The notes beneath the pieces were generated by a model. The model ran no database searches, was not told the DNA's origin, and saw only the letters and a program-made list of their open reading frames with translations. Of a stretch of DNA of 64,000 nucleotides, positions 1-10,075 are shown piece by piece. Position 1 is the stretch's first letter; each line of letters starts with the position of its first letter. The translations under genes and the position numbers were made by a program. Source of the DNA: a virus; IMG/VR virus record IMGVR_UViG_3300045110_000102, positions 16,645 to 80,644 of that record; one strand, written 5' to 3'.

Positions 1-104
1 TTGCGAAGAAGAAGCCGGAGCAGAAGCCGCAGCCGAAGCATGAGTCCTCGCTCGGGCAGGCGCAGAAGCCAGCACAGCAGCAGCCGCAACCGAAGAAGGA
101 TTGA
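1..104 (+). CDS. 3' end of upstream Lys/Gln/Pro-rich protein (partial)
   Basis: Open frame 3 (AKKKPEQKPQPK...KKD) ends TGA at 102-104. Confidence 0.5.
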   Translation, partial: AKKKPEQKPQPKHESSLGQAQKPAQQQPQPKKD

Positions 105-109
105 CCGCG

Positions 110-613
110 ATGGCGTGGCCGGTCGCACCAGTCACACCGGGGCTCCGCAATCCGACGCTGCCGCCGACCGTCTCGGAATTCAGGAAGATGTTTCCGGAGT
201 TCGATGAGGTGTCGGACGAGCACGTGCAGGTGTATCTCGACATCGGCTGTTCGTGGATTGATCCGAGCTTCTGGTTCAGCCCCGACGCCAAGGTCGCAGC
301 GATGTTCGCCGCCGCGCATTATCTCTCGATGCACGACAAGGCCAGCGGCGGCGAACTCACTGGCAGCACCGGCGGCGGCGTGACTCCGCCCGGCGGCGCA
401 GTCGATCCTGAACTCGGCAAGATATGGGTGAAGAGCGTTCGCTTCCGCGACCGGTCCGTCACCTATGATCGCGTCTCACTCACCGACCAGAAGAAGACCA
501 ACGGTGCCGACGCCACCAAGACAGCGTCATCTGAATTCTGGAATGCAACGCTCTACGGTCAACTCTATCTGTCGTACCGCAGGCGCAACGTCTCTCATGT
601 GGCGGTGATCTGA
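110..613 (+). CDS. DUF4054-like head-tail connector
   Basis: FRKMFPEF...AAHYL...W..T.YGQ.Y motifs; position at start of tail module. Confidence 0.75.
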   Translation: MAWPVAPVTPGLRNPTLPPTVSEFRKMFPEFDEVSDEHVQVYLDIGCSWIDPSFWFSPDAKVAAMFAAAHYLSMHDKASGGELTGSTGGGVTPPGGAVDPELGKIWVKSVRFRDRSVTYDRVSLTDQKKTNGADATKTASSEFWNATLYGQLYLSYRRRNVSHVAVI

Positions 614-614
614 G

Positions 615-998
615 ATGGAATATGTGCACACTGTAAAACGCATGCGCATGACGGCGGTGTTGCAGGCCATCGACGGCGGCAACTCACCGGGACAGATCGA
701 GCTTCGCACCGCTGATCGAATGATCCTCGCGACGCTGATCATGCAGCGCCCGAGCTTCTATCTGGTCGGCGATGATCTGGTGTTGACTGCGCCGTGCACC
801 GGTTGGGTCACGGTCAAGGGCGAGGCTGTGATCGGCACCATCACCGATGGCAGCGGCAACATCTGCATCGACGACATGAGCATCGGCGTCGATGTCACTG
901 AAGACAACGTGCACGACTACGAGATTGTGCTCGACGACAACATGCTCGAAGTCGGCAATCAGGTCACCATCGTCACGGCGACAATCGAACATGGCTGA
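615..998 (+). CDS. Putative virion structural protein
   Basis: Beta-rich ORF tightly coupled within the structural operon. Confidence 0.5.
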   Translation: MEYVHTVKRMRMTAVLQAIDGGNSPGQIELRTADRMILATLIMQRPSFYLVGDDLVLTAPCTGWVTVKGEAVIGTITDGSGNICIDDMSIGVDVTEDNVHDYEIVLDDNMLEVGNQVTIVTATIEHG

Positions 999-1416
999 CG
1001 TCGAGAAGGACACGACAGAGCTTGACGATCAGGTGGACGCGGTGTGGGGCGAGGCAGTGGTGCTGCGCCCGATGAAGTCCATCAGCGGCGGCTATCGTGA
1101 AGCGCTGCCCGATCCCGAGCGGATCGAGGTGATCGCGAAGGGCATCTACGATCAGGGACGCGGTGCTCCGGTCGAGACCGGCGGCGGCATGGCGCATCGG
1201 CAAGCGACGGTGGACTCGACGTTGTCGATCCGTCACGAGCCGGTCGATAAGTGCAAGCTGCGCAAAGGTGATCGGGTTTATTTTCCGGTGCGGAAGGAAA
1301 CGCACGAGGTGACATTCATCTTCGATGATCCCGGCGGACGACCCGACGTGCACCTCGTGCGCGTGCTCGAAGAGGACGACGTGCCGGTGGTGAATCCATT
1401 GAGGTCTTCTCGATGA
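991..1416 (+). CDS. Head-tail joining/head closure protein (gpFII-like)
   Basis: ATG at 991; VDAVWGE...LRKGDRV pattern; synteny. Confidence 0.55.
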   Translation: MADVEKDTTELDDQVDAVWGEAVVLRPMKSISGGYREALPDPERIEVIAKGIYDQGRGAPVETGGGMAHRQATVDSTLSIRHEPVDKCKLRKGDRVYFPVRKETHEVTFIFDDPGGRPDVHLVRVLEEDDVPVVNPLRSSR

Positions 1417-2333
1417 GCATCATCCGCATGCTGACGCGGCTGACTGCAGTCTCGGCGCTGCGCGGCAGGACGTGGGCGGCGGATCGCGTGTTCGACTCCG
1501 ACAACACGCCGCTGAGCCAAGCGCTGACGCTGAACGAAGCGGCCAAGCCTTACATCGTGGTGTTCACTGATGCCGACAATCGCCCGGACATCGGCAACAC
1601 CGATCTGTTCATCGGTCGCCGCGAGGTCACGCTGACGCTGGAGATCGGCGTCGCGTCGAAGATCGAGGGCGAGGTCGGCAAGGAGGAGATCAAGATTCCC
1701 CTGACCGACGAAGGCATGGAAGTCGCGCTCGACATGGTCGAGGACCAAGCGATGGCCACGCTGTGGGGCGACCCGCAGGGTGACTGGTCCGAACTGCTGA
1801 AGGGGCTGGTGCTGCGCGTTGATCGCGTCGCTGGCCAGCGCGGTGCATCGACGACGCGAGACCGTCGCTGGGCGGCGCGGCAGGTGTCGTTCATCTGCGA
1901 TGTAGTGAGCGATCTGCCGCCGGGTGTGCCGGTGCCGCACGATCATCCGATCAGATTGTTCTGCGATGTCTCGAAGGCGAATCCCGAGGCGCAGATGCAG
2001 CCCATCGCCAAGATATGCGAAGCGCTGATCAGCCGCGAGGCTGCGCCGAAGTGGGAGCAGGTGCAGGCGTGGATGGGTGTGCGACGGATCGGGCTGCGCG
2101 CCATCGGTCAAGCGCCGCTGGCTGCTGACATGCCGGGACTGCGCGCGACGCTGCATGGCGACGACCTGACCGACAAGCACGGCGAGGCACCGATCCTGCG
2201 CAAGATCACGCACGACGACATGCAGATGGAGACGCATCCGAAGATCGGCCTCAACGATGAATTCGCAATCGAGACCAACGTTGCGCTGATCAAGCCGAAG
2301 CCGCCGAAGGACAAGATCGAAGCGGACGATTGA
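1413..2333 (+). CDS. Putative tail terminator/completion protein
   Basis: T.A.DRVFDS N-terminus; ATGA overlap with previous gene; synteny. Confidence 0.5.
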   Translation: MSIIRMLTRLTAVSALRGRTWAADRVFDSDNTPLSQALTLNEAAKPYIVVFTDADNRPDIGNTDLFIGRREVTLTLEIGVASKIEGEVGKEEIKIPLTDEGMEVALDMVEDQAMATLWGDPQGDWSELLKGLVLRVDRVAGQRGASTTRDRRWAARQVSFICDVVSDLPPGVPVPHDHPIRLFCDVSKANPEAQMQPIAKICEALISREAAPKWEQVQAWMGVRRIGLRAIGQAPLAADMPGLRATLHGDDLTDKHGEAPILRKITHDDMQMETHPKIGLNDEFAIETNVALIKPKPPKDKIEADD

Positions 2334-2938
2334 TGGCTGGGCTCAACCTCTTCATCGACACGACAGAGCTTGTCGAGTTCTCGGACAAGATGAAGAAGGC
2401 GGAGAAGGTCACCAAGCCGATCATCGCCGCAGGCATCAACGAAGTCGGTGATGGGTTTGTCTCCGTGCTCACGACCAGCGTCGCGCGATCAAGCGGCATG
2501 GACCCGGAGTCGGTGCGCGGGCTGCTCCGTGTCAAGCGCGCGAACCGGAGCAACCTTGAATACGTCGTGACGATGGACGAGTCCCTGATCGCGGGCAACG
2601 CCATCGAAGGCAAGCGCGAGAGCCGCGACTTCGGCAGGCGCGACCCTGAAGAACTGGTGATCATCGTCTCGAAGAAGGACGATCTTGTCTGCATGGATTG
2701 CGAAGAGCTTGCAGCGTCCGGGCCGATGCCGATGGAGATCGCGCGGCAGCACGTGCCGAAGCACAAGAACTGCCGCTGCATGATCCTGCCCTACGTGCGA
2801 CCGGGCCGACGCCTGCAGGTGGAGAGAAGCAGAGGGCTCGGACGACCGAAGGGCGATGACAGTCTGACATTGCGCCAACTGGCGCAAACGTTCCTCGACA
2901 AGACGGCAACCTCGATAAGAATCGAGATCACCAAATGA
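2330..2938 (+). CDS. Minor tail/neck protein (gpZ-like) with MuF-type Cys/His motif
   Basis: AGINEVG N-terminal helix region; CMDC...PKHKNCRC. Confidence 0.5.
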   Translation: MMAGLNLFIDTTELVEFSDKMKKAEKVTKPIIAAGINEVGDGFVSVLTTSVARSSGMDPESVRGLLRVKRANRSNLEYVVTMDESLIAGNAIEGKRESRDFGRRDPEELVIIVSKKDDLVCMDCEELAASGPMPMEIARQHVPKHKNCRCMILPYVRPGRRLQVERSRGLGRPKGDDSLTLRQLAQTFLDKTATSIRIEITK

Positions 2939-3630
2939 GCGACAAGTACCAGAAGCTGCTGCAGCAACTCGCTGATCTCCGCCGTCAGATGGCGGACACG
3001 CACCAGAGCGGCACCGTGCACGAGGTGAAGGGCACGAAGCTGCGGATGATGATGGGCAAGGACAAGGACGGCAAAGAGATTCTGAGTCCGTGGCTCAACA
3101 CCTCGAACCATCGCGGCGGCGCGACCGAGCAGCGCTTCTACAAGAAGGGACAGACGCTGGCGATGATCTGTCCTAACGGCGACGTCTCGCAGGGCATGAT
3201 CGCGCCGTACGCGCCGAGCAAGGAGTTCAAGACGCCGGAGCATGCCGACGGCAGCGGGCAGGATGAGGAGTCGTATCAACTCGACGACTATCGCGCGAAG
3301 CAGACGAAGGAAGGTTACGACAACTGGCTGCAGCCCGATGACTCGAAGGATCAGAAGGGCGGACAGCAAGGCGGTCAGCAGGGCGGCGGTGGTGGTGGCA
3401 AGAAGCAGCAGAAGGGCCACACCGGCGGCGACAAGGCGGTGATGAAGAGCCGCATGAACAAGGACGGTGGCATCACGCATCGCGTCGGCAAAGATGCGCG
3501 GCTGATGGCGCACAAGGAAGGCACGAAGATGCGCATGGCATCTGACTGGGTGGTGGTGAAGAAGGGCAAGATCATCTTCAGCCGACCACCGATCCTCGGC
3601 AAGGACCCGATCAAGAACGACGACAAGTAA
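2935..3630 (+). CDS. Baseplate spike/assembly protein V
   Basis: GTVHEV...SPWL...GQ.....PNGD OB-fold pattern. Confidence 0.75.
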   Translation: MSDKYQKLLQQLADLRRQMADTHQSGTVHEVKGTKLRMMMGKDKDGKEILSPWLNTSNHRGGATEQRFYKKGQTLAMICPNGDVSQGMIAPYAPSKEFKTPEHADGSGQDEESYQLDDYRAKQTKEGYDNWLQPDDSKDQKGGQQGGQQGGGGGGKKQQKGHTGGDKAVMKSRMNKDGGITHRVGKDARLMAHKEGTKMRMASDWVVVKKGKIIFSRPPILGKDPIKNDDK

Positions 3631-3647
3631 ACCAACAGGAGACAGCA

Positions 3648-4178
3648 ATGCCTACACCAGAACAGCGAGCGGTCATTCTATCGAGCGAGCGTAACGCCCC
3701 GCGTCGGCAGGTGATCTTGCAGAAGTATTACGTCTACGACCCGGGCGTGCGCGCCAACGATGAACTCGGCGGACTTCGTGTGCGCGATGAGAACGACGGC
3801 AAGGGACTGTTCGTCCTCGCCGCTCCGCAGATGATCCAGTACTGGATCGATCAGGGCTTGATGGGCGAGAAGCCGGTCGGTGAAATCTCCGACGCGGGCA
3901 AGAAGCTGCTCAACCAGATCACGCGCGGTCGCACCGAGAATCCGGATGAGACGCCGCCGCATCTGCCGAAGTACGACCGCATGATCCAGTCGGGATCGCC
4001 GGGCTCGGCGCTGAAGGAGCCGGTCTCGGTCGCGCGTCGCAAGCAGATGCAGAAGGCGAAGAAGGGCAACGACCGCGAAGCGAAGCGCAAGACGCCGGAG
4101 CAGCGTGGCCGCGTTGCGCCGACACCTCCGCGCAACGAAGCACCGAAGCCGCCGATCATGGGCACGCCTGCGGAGTAG
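3648..4178 (+). CDS. Hypothetical protein
   Basis: AGGAG RBS; coding-like codon usage. Confidence 0.6.
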   Translation: MPTPEQRAVILSSERNAPRRQVILQKYYVYDPGVRANDELGGLRVRDENDGKGLFVLAAPQMIQYWIDQGLMGEKPVGEISDAGKKLLNQITRGRTENPDETPPHLPKYDRMIQSGSPGSALKEPVSVARRKQMQKAKKGNDREAKRKTPEQRGRVAPTPPRNEAPKPPIMGTPAE

Positions 4179-4181
4179 TAC

Positions 4182-4739
4182 GTGGCCGACAATCCCTACT
4201 ACGACGTCAACGAGGAGATGTGGCCAGACCTGAAGTATGGCCGCATCGTTCTCCACCCGGTCCGCATTGGAATGGATCGCTACACCGGCAAGATGCTGAC
4301 CGGGTGGAATCACGTCGTCCAAAGCATGGTGCTGATCTTCGCGACACGGTTTCACGAGCGTGTGCTGCGTCGCTGGGTCGGCTCATTCGTCCCGCATCTA
4401 ATCGGCAACAACGCGACCGAGACCACCATCGCGCGGTTCTACTGGGCGATTGCAACGGGGCTCGATCTCTGGGAGCCGAACTATCGCATTCAGCGTGTGC
4501 GCGTCGGCAATCGCGACAGCGGCTCATCGCTGACATCTACTGAAGAGCTTCGCACCGGTCATCTCACCACGTCGATGGATGGCGTCTATCGTCCGCGCGG
4601 TCACCTCGGCAACGACGATCCAGAAGTGCGCCGGGCCATCGGTCTGACGTCGCGCGGTTATAATTTGTGGGAGCGCCAGCCCGGCTACATTCAGGGCGCG
4701 CCGCCTGATCTCATTGGTGAGCCGGGGAGAACGCCTTGA
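4182..4739 (+). CDS. Baseplate wedge protein W (gp25-like)
   Basis: GMDRYTGK...HVVQS..IFAT...RVLRR.GS...WEP. Confidence 0.85.
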   Translation: MADNPYYDVNEEMWPDLKYGRIVLHPVRIGMDRYTGKMLTGWNHVVQSMVLIFATRFHERVLRRWVGSFVPHLIGNNATETTIARFYWAIATGLDLWEPNYRIQRVRVGNRDSGSSLTSTEELRTGHLTTSMDGVYRPRGHLGNDDPEVRRAIGLTSRGYNLWERQPGYIQGAPPDLIGEPGRTP

Positions 4740-5698
4740 GCGACGTGTTCGATTATCTCAATCCATCGCGCAGCGGACAGTCACTGACTGATCGGCTGAG
4801 CGAGCGCATCTCTGTGCTCGTGCCTGCGAACCTGCAGCCGATGGTCGTGCTGGAGAAGATCAACGTCGAGCAGATTCTCGCCGACCGCATGGCGCGACTG
4901 AAGGCGCTGTGGGCGAAGTACGATCCGCCGATGGCGGCGCAGTACGACGTCGAGAACCTTGAGTTCGATCCGATCAAGATCAACCAAGAGGCCTGCAGCT
5001 ACTTTGAATTGATGCTACGGGATCGCGTGAACCAAGCCGCACGCGCGATCACGCTGGCGTACGCGATCAGCACCGATCTCGATGCTATCGCGTCACGCTA
5101 TCCCGGCGGTGTGCCGCGTCTCGAAGGCGAGAGCGATGATCGATATCGTCGCCGCATCTGGCTGTCGCCGAACACGCTGAGCCCGCACGGCACCGCCGAG
5201 GCGTACGAGTTCTGGGCGCTGACCGCATCGCCGGAATTCCGCGACGTCACCGCGATGCGCATGGTGATGCACGACTACTATCCGACGATCCTGATCACCT
5301 GCCTGATGGAGCCGCCAGCCGATCCGGAGCCGACACAGGAAATACTGGTGCGCACGCGCGCGTACATCCACGATCTTTCACGGCAAGGGCTCACCGATGT
5401 GATCTCGGTCAACCCGCCGAAGGTCAAGCACATCAACTACAAGATCGCGGTGTGGCTCTATCCCGGTGCGATGCCTGATCAGACGCTTGAGAAGATGAAG
5501 GACCGCGTCTTCAAGCTGATCGATAATCAGTACTGGCTCGGCCACGATCATTCGCTGATGGCGATCAACGCCGCGTGCGCGCTGCAGGGCGTGCATCACG
5601 TGGACATTCTCGAACCGACCGACGACGTCTTCGTCGGACCTGACTGGGTGATCAAGGTGGACAATGTGAGCGTGCTCATCGCCGGGCGCGCCATATGA
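4736..5698 (+). CDS. Baseplate J-like protein
   Basis: RVNQAARA..LAYA...DLD, ESDDRYRRRI, GTAEAY. Confidence 0.9.
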   Translation: MSDVFDYLNPSRSGQSLTDRLSERISVLVPANLQPMVVLEKINVEQILADRMARLKALWAKYDPPMAAQYDVENLEFDPIKINQEACSYFELMLRDRVNQAARAITLAYAISTDLDAIASRYPGGVPRLEGESDDRYRRRIWLSPNTLSPHGTAEAYEFWALTASPEFRDVTAMRMVMHDYYPTILITCLMEPPADPEPTQEILVRTRAYIHDLSRQGLTDVISVNPPKVKHINYKIAVWLYPGAMPDQTLEKMKDRVFKLIDNQYWLGHDHSLMAINAACALQGVHHVDILEPTDDVFVGPDWVIKVDNVSVLIAGRAI

Positions 5699-7152
5699 GC
5701 GACATCGTCACTGAGGGACTCATTCAGGCACCGGGCGCGAAGCTGCTCTATCGCGCATCGACCGGGCTTGAGAAGGCGATGGCCGACGTCGATGGCGAGC
5801 GGCTGATCGGCACCTATGCCGAGATCATCATCGACCAGTGGGACCCGTACCGCATCAGCTACACGAACCTGCCCTATCTCGCGTATGCGATGGGCACGCT
5901 GCTGTGGGAGGATGGCTGGAGCGAGAGCACGCAGCGCGAATGGACTGCGGTGCAGTTCACCTTCAAGAGCCTGCGCGGCACGCTCGCTGGCATCGAGATG
6001 GCGCTGGAATATTCCGGTCGCGACTTCTCGCCGCCGCAAGGTTACACGGTGCAAGAGGCGCTACGACCGCCGCAAGCGTTCTTCGCTTCGCCCGGTCTTA
6101 CCAAGGAGGAGTTCGATTTCTGGATTCACAAGATGCCGGAGATCAGGATCACGTTCTCCGAGGGCGTCGGCTGGGACAGCGAAGACGTCCTGTTCTGCGG
6201 TGACGGTGGCGCTCAGTGGTTCGTCGGGCTTGATGATGGTGAGGCGCTGCATGGTCGCAAGGCTTTCCTTCGAGTGCGCGGCAAAGATATCCCGTTGCAG
6301 GTTTACACGTTCACCAAGGAGATCAACAGCAAGGTCTCGATTGACTACGAGCGCATCTGCATTCCCGGCCTCGCCGGTCCAGCGTTCACGCAAGACGACT
6401 TCGTCAACGACGAGAACTTCGTCTGCGCTGAACTGAAAGTGCCGCAGCTTGTCACGGTGCGGATCGACGGCAGCTACGATCACGAACAGAGCGCGCTGCA
6501 TCTCGACACGGTCGTGCCCGGCATGGACCCGATTGATGTGCGCTACGAACGCGACAGCGACATCGGCTGGGGCAACAGCTTCTTCTTCGTCGGCGATTGG
6601 TCTGATCATCGCAACACGCTGGAGCGTGACGATCCGCACCCATCGCATCCGATTGAGATCGCGCCGCCGATCACGCCAGAGCATCCGATAGCTTATCCGG
6701 AGTCAGGTCTGCCGACACAGCCGCCGCCGCTCCCGACGCAACCGGTGCCGATTGTCTACTACGCTGACGCTGGCTTCGATGCCGCGCGCATGTTGGCTGA
6801 CCGCATCTTCCTGAACGATCCGGCGATTGCTGCGGCGATCACCGGCGGCGTCTCATTCGTTGGTGTCGATTATGTCTCGTGGCCGCAGTACACGGCTGAC
6901 CTGATGATCGACCTGCATATGAATGATGATTTCTGGAGTTGGTTCGCTGACGAAGGCTACACGAACGACGATAACTACTTCGCCAGTCACGTTGATCTAC
7001 AAGACTTCGACCGCGCATGCCGCGCTGTCGTCGTCGCACAAGCGCTGCGAGATCGAGTGCGCACCGCCTATGACCCGACACGCTTAATCGAACTTCGCGA
7101 ACGCGCTTGGACAGAAACCACGGTTGATCAGCAGGTCCCGAACTTGCTTTGA
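5695..7152 (+). CDS. Tail protein I (P2 gpI-like), extended
   Basis: LPYLAYA...W...W...QR...GT..GI motif; follows gpJ. Confidence 0.8.
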   Translation: MSDIVTEGLIQAPGAKLLYRASTGLEKAMADVDGERLIGTYAEIIIDQWDPYRISYTNLPYLAYAMGTLLWEDGWSESTQREWTAVQFTFKSLRGTLAGIEMALEYSGRDFSPPQGYTVQEALRPPQAFFASPGLTKEEFDFWIHKMPEIRITFSEGVGWDSEDVLFCGDGGAQWFVGLDDGEALHGRKAFLRVRGKDIPLQVYTFTKEINSKVSIDYERICIPGLAGPAFTQDDFVNDENFVCAELKVPQLVTVRIDGSYDHEQSALHLDTVVPGMDPIDVRYERDSDIGWGNSFFFVGDWSDHRNTLERDDPHPSHPIEIAPPITPEHPIAYPESGLPTQPPPLPTQPVPIVYYADAGFDAARMLADRIFLNDPAIAAAITGGVSFVGVDYVSWPQYTADLMIDLHMNDDFWSWFADEGYTNDDNYFASHVDLQDFDRACRAVVVAQALRDRVRTAYDPTRLIELRERAWTETTVDQQVPNLL

Positions 7153-7165
7153 GGAGAGACAGCAG

Positions 7166-9568
7166 ATGGAACGCAAAGTAAATATTCAGGACTGGCAGAA
7201 GGTCACGGTCGAAGACTTTAACAACTTCGGTCTTTTCCCCCGCGCGTCCTTCGATCACATCGTCGTCGATACGCTGATCCCCGACATGGCCTTCACCGGC
7301 TTCGCTGTCGTGCAGACAGCACCGGCTGTGGTGACGGTCGGCAGCGGTCGGCTCTATCACGCTGGTCTTGTGTTCTACAACGACAACGAAGGCGGCACCT
7401 CGCTCGATCTGCTCAGCGTGCTGCCGGTGGTGACGCGGCGCTATGTCGGCGTGGTCGCATGGGGCCAAGAGATCGAGACGGACACCGAGCCGCGAACGTT
7501 CCTCACCGATCCGGTGACGCGCGCGACTGTGGCGCGTGTTGTCTCCACCGAGTCGCGGCGCTGGACGAACATCTCCACCGTGGTCGGCGCTGAAGGTCCT
7601 GACCCGCAGAAGCCAGCCATCGCATCGAATACGCTGGTGGTGGCGTGGATACTTCTCGACTCGACCGGCATCGTTGCGATCCAGATGGTTGAAGACAATC
7701 GCGCGCCGAACCTGCGCGATCTCGACAACCGCATGAACGAGAACGATGCATGGCGCATCCGCACGACGTCGCGCCTCGATACGCTGGCGACCGATCTCGC
7801 CGCGCTGGCTGCACGTCTCGCTGGCACCGCATCGATGCAACTGGCGCTGCGGCTTGCCGCAGACATCGCGCGCGTGAAGGAGGAGCTTAATCTCCCCGAC
7901 AGCTACACCTCATGGGGCGCGGATCACTTCCTGACCAACGACGAGTCCGACGTGCACGACGTGCCGCCGAACCCGGACTACATCGCCAAGGTCGAGGAGG
8001 GCATTCGCTTCCCGAACGCTGCAGAGCGCGACTCGCAGATGTCGCTGTTGAACCCGCTCGATCCGGCGGTGATCAATCAGGCGAACTTCGTGCTGCCGCT
8101 CTATCACGAGAAGACACGGCTCGAAGTGCTCGGCAACGACAGCGAGTTGTCGATCTCGCAGTATCAATTCCAAACCATCTCTTGGGAATTGTGCACGAAG
8201 ACCCGCACGCGCATCCGCTTTGGCACGCCGATGTATGTTTGCTACAACGGCTGCTGGTGGTTCGCGCCATCCGGTCAGGACTGGCAAACGTCAATCGGCA
8301 TGGGCGAATGGGCGAACGGCTTCGGCGGCTCGACCGGCATGACGCCGAACACCGATCTGATCTACGATCCGATCCGCAACATCCTGACGCGTGGCACCGA
8401 GACATTCCAAATCCTTGACGTGCAGGATGTCTCGACGCACACCGTGCTGCGCATCGCGCAGTTCTGGGTCGATGAGATCATCGACTCCTACTACTGGCGG
8501 CAGATCATCACCGTTGAAGGTCTCAGCGGTTCGGTGGTGGCGCAGTCGTTCCTGAACTCGCAGGGCGGCTGGCTGACGTCGGTGGAATTGTTCTTCACGC
8601 GCATCGCCACATCCGGCGACGTGCACGCGCTGATCGTCGAGTGCAACGACGTCGGCGCGCCGAACTATCAGAAGGTGATCGCACGCTCGACCATCGTGTC
8701 GGACCTGCTGCGCTCGCCACCGTTCGCGACGAAGATCGGATTCCTTCCGACCTATCTGGCGAAGGGCAAGCGCTACGCTGTCGTGCTGCAGACGCCCGGC
8801 AATCACTTCGTGTCGCTGGTGCACAACAACAAGTTCGCGCAGGGCTCGCTGTTCACATCGACGGACGGCGCGTGGGCCTCGGGCGACCTGACCAAGGACA
8901 TCGCACTGCGGCTGAACTTCGCGGAGTTCGAGTCCACCCGCTGCACCGTGCAACTGGCTGGCCTCGAATTGAATGGCGGCATCGCGGCCATCGATCTCAA
9001 CTTCGATTCGACGCGTCCGCCGGGCACCACGATCTCATTCGAGATTCAGCACAACGGCGTGTGGGTGCCGCTCGGCTACTACGACAGCAATCCGCTGGTC
9101 GCGTTGCCGCCGCTGCTGCCACTGCGCTGCATCCTTGTCGGCACCACCGATGAGATGCCGGGCATCGGCGTCGCTGCGAATTCGCGCTCGCTGACGTCGC
9201 GGCCTCGCAATGACTTCCGTCACATCTCGACGGTGCGGACGATGCCGAACCCGGTCAACACGGTCTACGTGGACTTCCGGCTCGACGCGTGGCGCGGTGA
9301 AGACAGTGCTGGCTACGAGTACCACACCTTCACGCCAGCGCTGTTGATCGGTGCGGGCTTCCAGAACGTGGTGCCGCCTGCAGTGATCGAGGATGAAGTC
9401 GCGCCGGACGATCCGACAGGATTGCGTCGTCGCTGCATCTGGGACCTTGCGTCGTTCGGTGGCACACCGATCACGGCTTACAAGATCAGATGCGAGGGCT
9501 GGTCGGACAACGCGCTCGCGCTGTTCCACGTTTCCGAGCGTGTCGATATCGGCATCAACCTCATGTGA
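7166..9568 (+). CDS. Large baseplate/tail protein (DUF4815-like)
   Basis: GAGGAG RBS, ATG 7166; AQSF...WLTSVELFF motif. Confidence 0.6.
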   Translation: MERKVNIQDWQKVTVEDFNNFGLFPRASFDHIVVDTLIPDMAFTGFAVVQTAPAVVTVGSGRLYHAGLVFYNDNEGGTSLDLLSVLPVVTRRYVGVVAWGQEIETDTEPRTFLTDPVTRATVARVVSTESRRWTNISTVVGAEGPDPQKPAIASNTLVVAWILLDSTGIVAIQMVEDNRAPNLRDLDNRMNENDAWRIRTTSRLDTLATDLAALAARLAGTASMQLALRLAADIARVKEELNLPDSYTSWGADHFLTNDESDVHDVPPNPDYIAKVEEGIRFPNAAERDSQMSLLNPLDPAVINQANFVLPLYHEKTRLEVLGNDSELSISQYQFQTISWELCTKTRTRIRFGTPMYVCYNGCWWFAPSGQDWQTSIGMGEWANGFGGSTGMTPNTDLIYDPIRNILTRGTETFQILDVQDVSTHTVLRIAQFWVDEIIDSYYWRQIITVEGLSGSVVAQSFLNSQGGWLTSVELFFTRIATSGDVHALIVECNDVGAPNYQKVIARSTIVSDLLRSPPFATKIGFLPTYLAKGKRYAVVLQTPGNHFVSLVHNNKFAQGSLFTSTDGAWASGDLTKDIALRLNFAEFESTRCTVQLAGLELNGGIAAIDLNFDSTRPPGTTISFEIQHNGVWVPLGYYDSNPLVALPPLLPLRCILVGTTDEMPGIGVAANSRSLTSRPRNDFRHISTVRTMPNPVNTVYVDFRLDAWRGEDSAGYEYHTFTPALLIGAGFQNVVPPAVIEDEVAPDDPTGLRRRCIWDLASFGGTPITAYKIRCEGWSDNALALFHVSERVDIGINLM

Positions 9569-9586
9569 TCAGGGAGAACTCAACAG

Positions 9587-10072
9587 ATGGCTACCGATAG
9601 ATTCCCACAGCGCAACGCGACGATGCCGATGAGCGAAGAGCGCATCAGAGCCGCGCGCGCCAAGCTCGATCCCGGTCATGCATCACCGGCGAACTACCCG
9701 GCATCTGACGGCAAAGGATCGCGCCGCGAGATACGCAAGGGCGAGTGGCTCGATGATCGCGTGATCACACCGAACGCACGCCCGACACCGTCGCCGCACA
9801 ATCCTCCGCCGCTGCCAGACAAGCGAGAGCTTCCGGCGTCGTACGATCCGGCGATGGTGTACAACGTCAAGTTCGGCTCGCCTTGTCAGTATGTCGGGCG
9901 CATTCTCAATCCCGGTCGCGCGTACAAGATGACCGGCAATGTCTGCGCCGATCCGAACGTGCAGCCGAAGATCATCGACGCAGTGCTGATCGGGCCGACA
10001 CCAGCGCCGCCCGATGTCGGACCGACCACGACGAAGAGCGTCGCGCCAACCACGGCAAAGAAGAAGGCCTGA
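9587..10072 (+). CDS. Hypothetical protein
   Basis: GGGAG RBS; within tail operon. Confidence 0.6.
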   Translation: MATDRFPQRNATMPMSEERIRAARAKLDPGHASPANYPASDGKGSRREIRKGEWLDDRVITPNARPTPSPHNPPPLPDKRELPASYDPAMVYNVKFGSPCQYVGRILNPGRAYKMTGNVCADPNVQPKIIDAVLIGPTPAPPDVGPTTTKSVAPTTAKKKA

Positions 10073-10075
10073 CCG

